From the NCBI GenBank assembly GCA_964252035.1, contig CAXUOO010000263.1: a stretch of 64,000 nt of DNA, one strand, 5' to 3'. The stretch comes from Podarcis erhardii. Taxonomy: Eukaryota. Below, in pieces: positions 1 to 12,850 of this stretch. The notes beneath the pieces were generated by a model. It was not told the origin of the DNA. It worked only from the letters and a program-made list of their open reading frames with translations, and did no database searches. Numbering within the stretch: position 1 is the stretch's first letter; the number at the start of each line of letters is the position of its first letter. The position numbers and the translations under genes are program-made.

Positions 1-1389
1 TGTTTTGTGCTGCATTCACTCGTGGAATTTGGATACACCAGAAACAACAAATATACGGAGATAGGGTGTGCAAAATACACATATATGTATGTATGTAAGC
101 GTGGTGTCGGTTTTGGAGACAGTGTGTGTGGGTGGAGCAGCCCTTGTCGTGGTGGTGGTGAGTGCTGCGGCTCTTGTTGTGGGAATGGGGAGTTTGGCTG
201 CTCCTTTTGCAATTCTGCTCAGTGTCAGTCGTGTTGAAGAAACACGAATCAGTGGTGTTGTAAAGATGCTGCAAGTGACGCTGGTTTTTGCAGCTGAGCC
301 GAGTGCAATGCAACGCTGATGATGCGCTTTTGCCTTGAATACTTTTCTGTTTCTTTCCCCGTTTCTTTCTCTCTGTCGTTCTCTCCACAGTCTTGCTTCT
401 TTCGCAGAGCTCTTTTCGTGTCTTTCTTCACCTTTTCTTCGCTCGCAAACTTGGGGTTTTCTTTGTCGCGCTTCCAGGCCTCTTTGGTGTCTGTTGTTTG
501 TTTTTGGAAAATAAAAGCTGCTCCTCCTGCCGCGCTGTCTCTGCGCTGACTTGTTACTTTTGAACTCCTGCAATTCTGTTACTACTGGTGGTGGGCTGCT
601 TGCTATATTTTACTGTCTGCAGAAGAAGAAACCACTTCTCGCTGTTGCTCTGCTGTTGTTGCGACTTACTTTCTCTCAATTTCCAGCATTCTTTGTTGCA
701 CTTGCAGCTCCAACATTCGGCTGAATCTTCGCACATCTTTTTCTCCGTTCGTTCTGCGTGTGTCCAGGCTTCTCGAAGTTTCTGCTTTTAATTTTCTGTC
801 GATGTGAAATTGTCTTCACAAGTTGCTGTTGATGCTGATGTGTCAAAGCAAACTGTGTTCGCAGCTCTCCTTCTAACACTCCTTGCTGACAACCAGAGTC
901 GACTTTCTCGCTCATATACATACCAATAATCTCTGCTCTTCAATATATATATGGATGTGTCTCGACATGGTGCAGTTTTGATGTTTATTTTTTCGAGAGT
1001 TTCGAGTTTTGTGAACGGGTGTTTCTGCGTGCGCGTGCATGCACAGTGCAGTCGCACCTTTGTTTGTGAGATTTGGGGCTTCAGAGATCAATAAGCGACT
1101 TGCTCTGACTTGCAGTGTTGTTGGGTTTCTTCTCAAAATTTTGCACTGTTCAATGCACACTGCAGCAAGTCCCACGCAGTGTCTCTACACTCGTCCCATC
1201 ATACAATACATCCGTCCACGTAAACGTACAAATATACATATATATATGTATGTGTAGATGGATTTGTGACGAAAGTCAGGCAGTCGGTGTGGGGTGTGGA
1301 AAGAGAAGCGACAACGCTGAGGCAGATGATTCGTTTGATAAGTCTAAATATGTGTATATGTGTGTGATGTGTGTTTGCGTGTGAATCAG

Positions 1390-4063
1390 GACAAAACGCG
1401 AGTGTGGCAATCATGAGTTACTCAGGATACGATATTGAAGACGCAATTGTGCTGAATCGAGCGTCAATCGACCGCGGCTTCGGCCGCTGCTTTGCCTTTC
1501 GAAAACAGACAGTGGAACTGAAGAGACATTTCAGTGGAGCAGTCGACAAAACTTTTCCACCACCAGCAGCAGCAGTGGCTGTTTCGCGAGCTGCAGCTCA
1601 AGAAAGATTTCGTCACAGTGCTGCTGCAGCTGTTAGCAGCAGTCGTCGCGAAGTGCACTTTTCAGGCGAAACTCAACAAGCCAAGAAATCCACTCCTACT
1701 ACAACTACTACTACTACTACTAACAGCAGCAATAGTAGTGGTAACAGTAGTGGTAATAGTGTTCCTTGCAGTAGTCTTCGACTGAGTTCTTTTTCTGGTG
1801 GGGCTGCGGCAGCTCGCAGTCGCTTTTACTACGAGAATTTGGAGGCTGATGGAGTGGTGCGAGTGGGGGCTTTGCTGCAGGAAGATCAGGTGTACGTACA
1901 CAAGTTCGCGCCGGTGTTGTCGGCTGCTGCTGCAACTGGAGGGGGGAGAACTGGTGTAGACAGCAGTGCTGGCTCTTCTACTACTAGTAGTAGTAGTAAT
2001 AGTAGTGGTGGTGGGAATCGAGGCTTTTACTCGAGCACAGCAGCTGCTGCTGTGGCGGGCTTTAGTGCGAGTGATGCGCAGGCTGGAGTGTGTGGATATG
2101 CGCCTGCTTTTGCGCGTTATAAGGGGCCCGTGGCTGCTCGAGTGGATCGAGTGATTTGCAGCGAAAGCAGTGAAGGCAGCAAAAACTACAAACTCATTTT
2201 TCGGCAAACTCGACTGCCTGAAGTCGGAGACAAGTTCAGCAGTCGCCACGGCCAGAAAGGCGTCGTGGGGCTCATCGTCGGACAAGAAGAAATGCCTTTT
2301 GCTGAAACTGGCTGGATCCCTGATTTGATCATGAATCCCCACGGCTTCCCTTCTCGAATGACTGTGGGCAAGATGCTCGAACTCATTGCTGCCAAAGCTG
2401 GCCTGCTGCTTGGCTGCTGTATGTACGCCTCTGCCTTCGGCACGCATGAAAACGCCGCTGCTTTCGCTGCTGATCCTGCTGCTCCTTATGCTCTCGAACT
2501 CGATCAAACCAGCGCTCAAGTCGCTGCTCACCAAGTTGCTGCTGGTAAGCTACCCAGCCAGCTGCACAAAACCACTCTCTCTAGATATATACATAGGTAG
2601 AGGTGTATGTATTGTGTAGTTTGTGGTAAGTGTGTGTTTCGTTTGTGTGGACTTTCTCAATTCACATGTATCAAAAATACACGCTGGCTCCTGCTCATGG
2701 TGGGGCGCTGGTAATATACACATATACATATATATATATATATGTAGAGTGCATATTTTTGTTTATGTGGCTGGCTGTATTTGGACGTATGTGTATGCAG
2801 AAAGAGAGAGAGAAACACTATTTTGGTACAAAAATATACATGTGTCTACATGTGTGTGTGTGTGGACTTTCATCTCTACGTGCTGCCCACGCTGTGTATG
2901 CTGCTACACACAAAGTACTGGTAGCGTAGCCTGGTGTTGGATTTCCTTTCCTGCTCATACTTGTACACACACGTACATATACTTTTTACACGTGTATATA
3001 TGTTTTTCTGTCTGCCCCGTTGGAGATGGTGATTTCTGTATGGAGACGGTTGTTGAAGAGTACAATTTCCGTTGTATTGTTGCTACCGCTTTCATTTTGC
3101 CATTTTGCTGCTGATGCAGCTAGCAAGAACATGGCAGTTTCTCCATTTTGTGGCACAAGTATATGCAACGCTGCCGCCTCAACTCCCTGTTGTCAATCAA
3201 CCAATTTTGTTGGTTCTGTTGTCTACTCGCTGATATTCGTGCAGTGACGCTGGGACTCTATAATACGGTATTCTTCTATTCAAAGCGCGAATCCTGCGAC
3301 ACTCAAACGCCTGTACACTCTAGCTATACATATATATATATATATGTATATTATTTTTTGGTGTACTTGCTGCTTTCGGTTCTGCTACTCTCAGGGCTGC
3401 AAAGTTGCTAGAACTTTGCTGGTCCTGCTGCTTTTTCTGTCTACGTGTTTTTGCGACCTTTTTGCTGTCGTGTTGCATGCGGTTTCGTGCATGCAATGGG
3501 TTTTTTGCTGCGCATGCGGTTGTTTTTGGGTGCGGATCTTCAACAACAGGGTGTGGGTTGCTGGGACTAGGAAGCGCATTGTCAAGCAGAGGCTTCCACT
3601 ATTCAGGGAAAGAGTACTTGACAAGTGGCATTAGCGGGAAAGTTTGCAGACTTACGTGTTTGCAGGTTCAGTGTATTACCAGAAACTGAAGCACATGGTC
3701 AAAGATAAATTGCATGCACGAGGCAGAGGCCCTCGACAGTTGCTAACTCGCCAGCCAACGGAGGGCAGAGCTCGAGAAGGGGGTCTTCGACTTGGTGAAA
3801 TGGAGAGAGATTGTCTTGTTGCTTATGGTGCTGCTGCTTTGCTGTTAGAACGATTGTTACTCAGCTCAGATGCTGTTTCCGTTTCTGTTTGTCGCTTTTG
3901 TGGGCTCATCACTTCTGCCCGTACTTGCTCTTGCTGCGCTGCTGCTGCTGCTGTGGCTGAAGACGCCACGCGACTGCTGCGCATGCCTTACGCATGCAAG
4001 CTTCTTTTTCAGGAACTCATGAGCATGAACGTCTGTGCGAGACTGAAACTTGAAGATTTGTAG
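1390..4063 (+). CDS. POLR3B: DNA-directed RNA polymerase III second-largest subunit (RPC2), 3' exons only; model join(1390..2544,3550..4063) with an apparent 1-nt frameshift at 3636-3638; 5' exons not found in window
   Basis: Pol III-type motifs: [118 protein letters not shown], Zn-ribbon CRFC..CSCC and [16 protein letters not shown]. Acceptor tcag|1390; donor 2544|gtaagc (phase 1); acceptor aacag|3550 (phase 1); stop TAG at 4061-4063. Confidence 0.93.
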
Positions 4064-5459
4064 GAGCGCAGAGTGCTCCACTGATCCTGCTGTGCGTCTA
4101 CACTTGTATGTGTGTACATACATTATAGTTATATATAGAGATACTGTTGAGGAGCTTACCTTCACCAGGTCTCACATAAACCTATATATATATATATACA
4201 AAGCGTACGGAGATATGGACACATCAGCGACTGCAGCCACATTCGAATGTTCATAAAGGCAGCAGCACCAGCGGCCGCTCCGACGTAATATCGCGAACTG
4301 GCCTCACATATATATATATATGCCGTATGTACAGGTGCTGCCTAGTCACGGCAACCAGAAGCTTTTATATGGCATGCATGCACTGAAACTGCTGTAGATG
4401 TGTAATGTGTGCACGTCACTCAAAAACGATAAGCGATGCTGCGGCAAAAAGGGAACAGTGGCAGCAGGAAAATTTATGCAGGAAAACCGCTTCGTGCCTT
4501 CTTCATTTGAAAGGGCTTTGTTTTGTCGTTGTAACGAGAAACGTGGGCGGAGTTTTTTCTTTCTGCTAAGGCTGCTACTTTTTTCTGCTGCTGACTTAAC
4601 GTTGTCAACGGGTCAGTTTCTGGAAGGACGACTATAGTCTGTTCAATTGATTTTCTACAGAGATGAAAGAAGAAGTTGAAACATCACTTGCGTCTGCTGC
4701 AGAAGCAAGTACAGTCTTGCTTTGTACTATAGTGGCCTTCTGCTGCTGCTGCAATTGACGTGTGCATCGTCGCTCTCCACTGTGACCCGCAGCCTTCTGC
4801 TGCCTATGTGTCTTTATGCTTATGTACTCACAGTATAGGCTATCGAAACCATCAATTTCGAAATCTATACGCATACATGCATAGCATATATATTCAGTTA
4901 TGTGTGCTCCCCAACCCCCTGTGTGGGTCGAGCTATATTTATGGGTGAGTATATCTCCAATAACATTGAAATTTTTAATAATTATGAGTTGGTATCACAA
5001 AATTTTCGAACTCTTTTGTAGAAATAAATGGACAGAGGAACGTTCCAAATCCGATAAAGATGCTTCTTTTTAATGCATGAGGCGAAGAACAAACAGATTT
5101 CTGCTTAAGTATCTTTAGTGCAATATTCGAAAAGGTGTCAGAGGCACCTCACTAGCGTGTGACTCAAGGAAAATCTATATCTGCACTATTAGAGAAAGAG
5201 GGGATTTGCTGCTGTTACGTGATTGCTGATGAATGTGTTTAAGATCTGTGTTTTTGTAATCGGCGTGCTGTCGCGACTCGCGCCTGTTGCTGTAGTAGCG
5301 CCGCCCCCTCGACTGCTATTGCTGCTGATGCAACAGAGCAGCTGTCGATGTTGTTGCAATGCTTCGTTTGCTGCATCTGTGCTGAAAAACAAAGCCTCAG
5401 CTTCTTGTTACACGATCTAATCATATGAATATATATATATATAAATATATCGAGGTATA

Positions 5460-5500
<41 letters not shown>

Positions 5501-5662
5501 ATTGTGTATCATCATGCTTAGGTATCTTGATTTTTCCGCCTGAAAACATATAAGTAATGCTCATCATGCATGTACATCAAGGAGGCATCGTTGTATGTCT
5601 CATATACGAAAATTGGATAAGTGTATATACAGTATAAATAAGTTAACATACCCTGAAAACAC

Positions 5663-6044
5663 CTAATCATAATCTTGTGATATAAGGTTTTTTTCAAAAG
5701 CAGAATGCATGTTTGTGCTGCCATGAGATTGCAAGGGACATATGTGCTGCAATTTATCAGAATAGTAATTCCCATCGCTGCTAGTATCTCTCTCAAAACT
5801 AGTAGACGTAGCGCAGCCGTTGCTGCAGCATTGTGGTGCTCCTGCTGTTGCTGTTTTTTCGTATTTACGTATAATCTCAGCTGAATTATAACGTGAATGT
5901 ATACTGTGAAATAGCAGCAGGAGAAAGTGAAGCACGATTGCCTTTATTATGCTTTGTATATACGGCTGAACATCTGCCGCAACTAACTCTGGCAGCACAA
6001 CAGCATCAGCAGTGTCGCAACTGAACTCCAGCGCATCGCAGCAC
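5663..6044 (-). CDS. Possible internal or terminal exon of an unknown gene (perhaps continuing the 8228..10696 ORF)
   Basis: Open frame CCDALEFSCDTADAVVLPELVAADVQPYIQSIIKAIVLHF...QDYD* begins right after a ttag acceptor-like site. No family recognised. Confidence 0.2.
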
Positions 6045-8227
6045 TAACAGCGGGATAAAGCTGCAGAGAATTCAATACCAAAGGATGCACTCCGGAAGCA
6101 TCTAGTTTTTTGACGAGCGCTCTTGAGTGTTGTGTGCACCTGCATATGCTACCATCTGGTGAACGCATGCAATATTTTTCAAATGTGTATGCACTACTAC
6201 TCTAGAGCATGCACACTCTCGATTGCGCTGGGGTATGAGTACAATAATGGAGCGGGGCTATTGTATCTTCCTCAGACAGTATAAGAAAGATCTCGATACC
6301 AGTACACGGAGTTTGTCGTCGCTTGCGTAGAGTGCGTATTATGTACGGGCACATAGCTATGCATGGATGTGCACATATCAAGTAATGCCAGTGTTCAAGT
6401 TGACCAGCTAACCCATACATACGTTGTCGCTATACTATAGCTCCGCAGCGCCATTTCTTCAGCTTTGTAAGTCTCACTTATCTCAGTTATCATATGTGGA
6501 CGTATCTCATACAGACAGATTTTCTGGAATCTATACGTGTATCCAAATACACATACATGTGAGAGAAAGCAGAATCAAGCACGCATATGCACATTTGTGC
6601 CAGAACTATAACGTCTGAGCATATTACCTACGTACTCTAAGAATACAGTTTAAAACTATACACTGACAAATGAGTCAGTGCATATACAAGTATACAAAGC
6701 TATATATATATTTATATATATTATATGCATGCAGATATGCTTGTACGCCGGCTCTTTCTCTTTCTTTTTTCTCGTATAATTTGTCACAGTGCGTGTACAT
6801 GCTTGAGTAGCTTGTAATCCATAGAATGGCAGCAGACGCATAGGAGAGACATAGCTGCGCAGCACTAAACGCAGCGCCATTCCAATTCTCTGCACTGCAA
6901 TGAGGATAGCTGCACACGTTTCAAATAATATCAACCGTTTGACTTCGCAGAAAAAGCATCAGCAGCTACTTCACTACACAGTGTCGCTTGCTCGGCAGCA
7001 GCTACAGCATAAAATCGACATCAAAATCAATTTTGCACACTGCTGCACTACACTGCAAACATCCTTTCTGTTGTTTTTGTTCACCAGCAGCTGGCTGCTT
7101 GCTAGAGCAGGATGCTGCAGCAACAGTCAAGAGAGCAACGCCAGCAGGTTCAAATCCACATTAACAGCAGCAGCAGTAGAGTAAGAGCAGCAACTTTTCA
7201 AAGATTGCTTAACAGCTGCTGCTAATGATTATCAGCTGCGTTGCTGCTGGTGGTCTTGCTGCTGCTTTGACAGCATGTTCTAAAACATCAGTTATTAGCA
7301 TAGCATCTCTATTGCGGGTGTTGCCTCTTCCCCAACAAGGACACAGGCGACACAGGCGCAACTACAGAAAGCAGGTGAACAATTGAAGAAACACCTGCAG
7401 CAGCAGCAACTTCCAGTGCGGTCGATGCTAGCGTACATATATATGTATAGATAGATGTGAAATAATTAGCACAACATGGGGAAATATATACAAACAAAAA
7501 TAAACGAACACCTTGAATTGAGCATATAACTGCGTAACTATATATATTTATTTATATATATGTACCGTCGTTCATAGACGCATACAAACATTCCACACAT
7601 AGCGTAACATACGTATATATATATATATAGATATGTTTTTGTAACTATATCTATCCAGCTAGTACTAAGCACACAACTGAGTATCCAAATAGATATGCTG
7701 CAGAGCTGAACGAAGATGTAGATTGTAGAGGCTGCAATGAGAGCACACACGGCTAGCACAAGAGCATAAATTTTATTTACATGTATATATAAACGTCTAT
7801 GGAATTTTCAGATGAACAACAAAAGCAGCATTGTAAGAATAAATGTGTTTGTAGGTTGTCAGTCTGCCGTTGTCTTTGCTGGTAGGGCGCGTGCTGCTAC
7901 ATGTCGAATATCTCCAGCTTTGACTGATCAGTTCCACATCTTCTGCTGCTGTTCATCCTAGCTGCCGCTGTGTTGGAATGCCACGATGATGCTCTCTGCG
8001 GTTGTGTATATATATTTTGCGTTGTCAGGTAACCTGCAATGACTTCTCAAGTGTATATTAGCTGCTTCTGCAACTGCTGCAAAACGTTTGGTAAAATTTT
8101 CCTCGCACTCCTTTGCCATTCTTTTTGCTGCACACGAGATTTTACAATGTTATGCATAAAAATATTCTTATACATATATAGTTGTGTATACGAGTTCTTT
8201 TTTTTTGGCACTTGCTTCATATTGATT

Positions 8228-10696
8228 TTATTTCTGCTGTTCTGTTGCAGCGTGTTGTTGCTTTGTAGACCACTCCTCCCCTGCACTAGTAGTCGAGGGC
8301 GTTTCGTCATTTGTGCGCACGTATTTGTCGTTTGCTGCTACACGCATGCAATCCTTTTCTTGTGGCTGTTCTTGATTTGGGGGCGATGGCGCTGCTGCTT
8401 TCCGCAGCAAGTTCGATGCTGCATGCACACCTATTTGTTCAGCAACAGCGAGCATAGCAGGATCTGCACTAGCACTAGATTTTGATGAAGTTGCTAATTC
8501 ACTGTGTGTATTCCTAGGGGCTTCCCCCTTGCCAACAGAGAGTGCAGCGACAGTGCGAGTAGTAGTAGTAGCGTAAGGCGACAATTGTTCTTTTTCGTTT
8601 TCTGTCTCTCTTTCTGGTGCTGAGCTTTCATTTACAGCTGCTGCTGGTGATGAGACAACCGCAAGCGTGAGCAGCCTCCTTGGTTCATTCTGCTGCAACA
8701 ATGTCTGACCAGAAACCTCCTTCGTCAACTCGAGACTGACTCGATTTGTGTCCACACTGAAATTTCTATCGCAAACACAACTTCTTTTGGGGGTGGGTGG
8801 TGCTTGTCTGCTTTTGCCGCTATCCTCAGGAAAGAAAAGATCTTTCTGTACAACAACAACAGCAGGAGGACTTGCAGCGGCTGTTTTTTCCATAGATTGC
8901 CAGCACTGAGCAGGCTGCACTGGACTCGCTGTTTTCGTCACATGAAAATCCCGTTTTTGTTCCGAAGCTTGACGTGAATCGTCAAAGCCCGGAGTCTCTG
9001 CAGCCGCAATACTACCACTAGCAACAGCTTCGTCCAAGGCATTACTGGTGTCGTTGTACGACACGTGGTTGAGGATTTCTTCACTTTCACGGGGTGTACG
9101 TACACCTGAACCAGCCGCATCGACGACGTTCCACCAGTCCTCTGTGCTGCTGCAGCACTTTTCGCGACAGACTTTTTCTTCTGCTGCGCTTCCGTGGTCG
9201 TCTCTTAGACAGCAGCAAACCTCATCCACTGCGGACCACTCACTTTCTCGCTTACAAAGCTCCATTTCCGCTTCAATTTCTTTAGGTTGCTGTTGCGTTT
9301 GCCTCTTCTTCACTTCTTGCTGCTGCTGTTGCTTGTCAAACAAAGCATAGAAGGGATTGACGTCAAACAGAGGCGTACAAGGCATGCTCAGAGACTGCTC
9401 AGTCTCTCCTTTTTTCTCACTTACTTTCGTCGTTTTCCTAGTAGTCGGTAAGAAGTCTGCAGTCGCAGCAGCAGTTAAGAATGAGTTGGAGGTGCTCGGA
9501 ATAGTCGTAGCAGTAGTAGTAGTCGATAGTGAAGGAGGCGCAACAGAAGCAGTGTTGGAGACTGAAGCTGGTGCAGCTGAAGCAGCCGCATGCATGGAAG
9601 AAACGACTTTTTTTTGAGGAGAAGCAGCAGTAGCAACAAAAAATGGGCAGCTCACAGCTGTTTCGCGATCAGTAGCTTGTGTCTTGAGTTCAGGAATAGA
9701 CACAGAAGTAGACGATTTAGCATCTTGCGTGAGATCAGAAGAAGCAGCAGCAGAGTTTCCGTGTGAAGCAGAACCAACCAGAGCAACAGGTGGCTTTGCA
9801 TGAATGGCGGTCTTATCCGCAGCAGCAGCAGCAGTTGTAGAGTGGGCAGCAAGAAGCAGTGGAGGCGGAAATAAAGCACTAGTTGTACTTTTTTTGACTT
9901 CTTCTGTGGCTCGATCAGAGACTACACAACTCGAGAAAGAGGGACCTGCTGTGGTGAGTGAGCTGCTGCCAACAGGAGAAGCAGCAACAACAGCATGGAA
10001 AGTCGAGTCAGCCAGAGAAGAAGCCAACTGCTGCCTGCACTTCTCCTTTTTATCAGTTGTTTCAACTAGTCCTCCTGTTGAGCCCACTGCAGTGGGTTCC
10101 GGTCTTGCAGAGTGTTTCGAGTTTCCTGCTGCGTCAGCGAGTTTTTCTGAGTCGTTTTTCAAAAGCAGAGGTCGTGTTTGCTGCACTGCAGGAAACTGAA
10201 GTCCGTCTCTCGACTCAGTAGAGCAGGAGTTTTGACTGCTTGGGTCGCAACAAACATCATCGAAAACCTCAAAAGTATTGGGTGCAGAAGCGTAGTTCGC
10301 AAGCGACACGTAAACTTTGTCTTTTTCGCGTTCTTCACGGTGAAGCAGATACTGCTGCAAGATCGCGGCTCCTTCTCGAGGAGGCGGAGTCACTGAAGCC
10401 TCCAAGTCTGCGGGTTTTGTTCTTTTGGTGGCAGTTTCTGGTGGGAAAAGGCCTGATTCCACCACGGCTTCTTCTTGCTGCAATCGCGACGACTCATTCG
10501 AGGTCGAATCAAAAGCTACACAGCAGTGCTGCTTTTTTCGTTCAACTCTTGCGTCTTCGCTCCGTTGTGAAGAACAGTCACCCAGCAACACTGGCGCATT
10601 GAAAAACAACTCAGTTTTCGATTCTGATGCTGCTGTTGCTACGTCCTCTTCTTCGTGTTGCCGCTTCTTCCGTCGAGCAGCCAGTCGCTCAGTCAT
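8228..10696 (-). CDS. Hypothetical low-complexity protein (~820 aa, single large ORF; further 3' exons possible)
   Basis: An 881-codon open frame; first ATG at 10696 gives MTERLAARRKKRQHEEEDV (basic, NLS-like N-terminus). A/S/T/E/Q-rich composition like the other genes here. No domain recognised. Confidence 0.65.
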   Translation of the reverse strand: MTERLAARRKKRQHEEEDVATAASESKTELFFNAPVLLGDCSSQRSEDARVERKKQHCCVAFDSTSNESSRLQQEEAVVESGLFPPETATKRTKPADLEASVTPPPREGAAILQQYLLHREEREKDKVYVSLANYASAPNTFEVFDDVCCDPSSQNSCSTESRDGLQFPAVQQTRPLLLKNDSEKLADAAGNSKHSARPEPTAVGSTGGLVETTDKKEKCRQQLASSLADSTFHAVVAASPVGSSSLTTAGPSFSSCVVSDRATEEVKKSTTSALFPPPLLLAAHSTTAAAAADKTAIHAKPPVALVGSASHGNSAAASSDLTQDAKSSTSVSIPELKTQATDRETAVSCPFFVATAASPQKKVVSSMHAAASAAPASVSNTASVAPPSLSTTTTATTIPSTSNSFLTAAATADFLPTTRKTTKVSEKKGETEQSLSMPCTPLFDVNPFYALFDKQQQQQEVKKRQTQQQPKEIEAEMELCKRESEWSAVDEVCCCLRDDHGSAAEEKVCREKCCSSTEDWWNVVDAAGSGVRTPRESEEILNHVSYNDTSNALDEAVASGSIAAAETPGFDDSRQASEQKRDFHVTKTASPVQPAQCWQSMEKTAAASPPAVVVVQKDLFFPEDSGKSRQAPPTPKRSCVCDRNFSVDTNRVSLELTKEVSGQTLLQQNEPRRLLTLAVVSSPAAAVNESSAPERETENEKEQLSPYATTTTRTVAALSVGKGEAPRNTHSELATSSKSSASADPAMLAVAEQIGVHAASNLLRKAAAPSPPNQEQPQEKDCMRVAANDKYVRTNDETPSTTSAGEEWSTKQQHAATEQQK

Positions 10697-11722
10697 TCCA
10701 CGATATTCTCGCAGCAGGCGTCTAAACAGACACAAAAAGAGCTGCACACATGCAACCGTGACAAGCTTGGTGCACAGGATATTATACCTCAGTTTACCAC
10801 GTTCACCAGAAATCTGTGGGTCTAAACATGTACAGGTAAAAAAGACATATTCATATATGTATGTGTTTGGCATTTCAGCGAGGAGTCTGCACGTAGTACG
10901 TACACTTTTATCGGCGTGTGTTGTTCGTAGAGAGACACAGGGGCACTCGAGTGTATTGCAGAAGCATACAGAAGTCCGTCAGTGGCTAGTGTATGACACT
11001 GTGGAACATCTACATAGGAAGTGTACAGCTACTTTTTATATTTGGCAGATGCCTGCTTACGTGCAGAGTCGTTCGCTGGTTCTGCATCAGATGTGACACA
11101 TCAATCACGTGAAAAGCAAAAAGTCCTGAAATTCGCGAATACAAACATTTTGTACCGTACAGGTTATAGCCCCAGAAAAACGCACCAGATACGCACAGGG
11201 CTACGTGCATACAAGGAGGAACTCTGGAAACAGTACAGGAGTTGATCACAATCTTCTAGAATGCATATTCATGTGAATATGCATAGCTTTTGGTAGAATT
11301 CTGCACTTTTTAATCCTCAGCAAAGATTTCACGATCAAAGCATACAGCGGATAAGGCGCTTCTGCACTGCATGCACTTTCAAAGTCAGTCTACCCTTGCT
11401 AAGATCTAAACCTTCAACTCACGCCCGCCTACAACATACATACACAGGCTAGCGTCTTTCTGTGTGTTGCTTGTGGCCCTGCAGCAAAAAAACGGGTGTG
11501 CTTCACCTACGTGTTCGTCCACTTAATTTACATAACAAATTTGTATTGTTTATGCATACCACGAAAGAATAATCGAGATATTTATTGCTGTCCAGATATA
11601 TACGTAGACACAATGCAGGTGTGGATTTCGATTGTGCATAAGGAGACGAGTTTCGCCTGTGGAGTTTCATATGTCTTTGCATGCGCTGCGTCAACAGAAG
11701 AGTCTCCTACACACACGTGTGT

Positions 11723-12850
11723 CTAGTCTTCTTCTTCTTTGTTCAAATCTTTTTGTAATTCACGTGTAACTCTAAGCAGCCACTTGACGCCATCGCAATG
11801 TGTACGCGTTTGTGGGCTGCTGCTGCATTGTACAGTGTGCCCTATATTTCTGTACAATGTGTGTGCCCTGAGTGCATGCAGAGGCCTTATGCGTGAGCAA
11901 AGTCTAGTGAGAGAAATTCCGAAAGCTGTGGAAAAAGCGGTGGTGGTGGTGCAGCTCTTGTTCCACGTCACGTTTGAGCTTTCGTTATACCACGACTTCT
12001 GCAGCTTCTTCGCGCACTACCTGTATTTTTTCCACTGTACATACAGTCGAAGAAGCAGGCCCAGAAAGAGAAAGCCATACAGAAGAGTTCCAAGGCGGCG
12101 AAAAGGCCACCCCCAAAGCCAAGACAAAGGCAGTCTCCAAAGCCCACCATCTACAGCTTCAGCCCCACTATTGCTGACGCTGCTGAATGTGTTGTTGTTG
12201 TTTCTGCTTGACCCATCTGTGATGTGGTGAAGAGGGATAGGCAGGGCTTCTTTAGCGAGCCAGCGTGGACAGAAGCCACTGAAAGTACCTGAAAAAAAGC
12301 GCAAAACTTTCTTGAACAAGTCGAAAGCTCGCACTAGCGCTCCTACTTCGCCTGCCCACTGCAGCAGCTGCAACAGCAGCACTCGAATGCCTTCCAAAAC
12401 AGCCACGCTTTCACCCAGCAGCTGCAGGGCATCTCGTAGCGTCAGTGGAGGCGCTGGTGGTGAAGAAGGAGTAGTAGTTGCTGTTGTTGGAGTAGCAGCA
12501 GCAGCAGTAGAAACAGGAGCCGTAGATGCACAAGCAGTGCCTGTTGCGTCTGTTGCTGCTGGTTTTGGAATTGCTGAGGATTGTTGGGTTGCTTCTTCAG
12601 TTGCTGGCACTGCAGAAAACGGATTGGGTGGGTGTGGGGATCGGGGGCAAAACGCATGGTACGGCGCTGGAAGTGGATACATCACACTATTGTTTGTGGT
12701 GGGTGCACAGTCGAATCGACGTTGCATGTGCTGCTGCTGTTGTTGTGCGTATTGGTGCTGTTGCTGCAGAAGCCCGTACTGCTGTTGTTGAAGCAGCGAG
12801 TACTGTTGCAAGTGCGGAAACCCGCTGGGGAAAGGCTCGCGCATTTGCAT
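11723..12850 (-). CDS. Hypothetical integral membrane protein, weakly PEX13-like; main exon 12021..12850, possible last exon ~11723..11823
   Basis: ATG at 12850 (MQMREPF). Q/Y/P-rich N-terminus, amphipathic helices (LRDALQLLGESVAVLEGIRVLLLQLLQWAGEVGALVRAFDLFKKVLRFF) and a C-terminal hydrophobic segment (LGTLLYGFLFLGLLLRLYVQW). The donor-like AG|GTAGTG at 12020 is phase-compatible with CAG acceptors near 11820. Confidence 0.6.

Noticed and set aside
16-900. Minus-strand 185-aa R/K/E-rich ORF at the window start
   Set aside because: Probably the antisense of a TC-rich RPC2 intron; no motif. I also found no upstream RPC2 exon in 1-1389.
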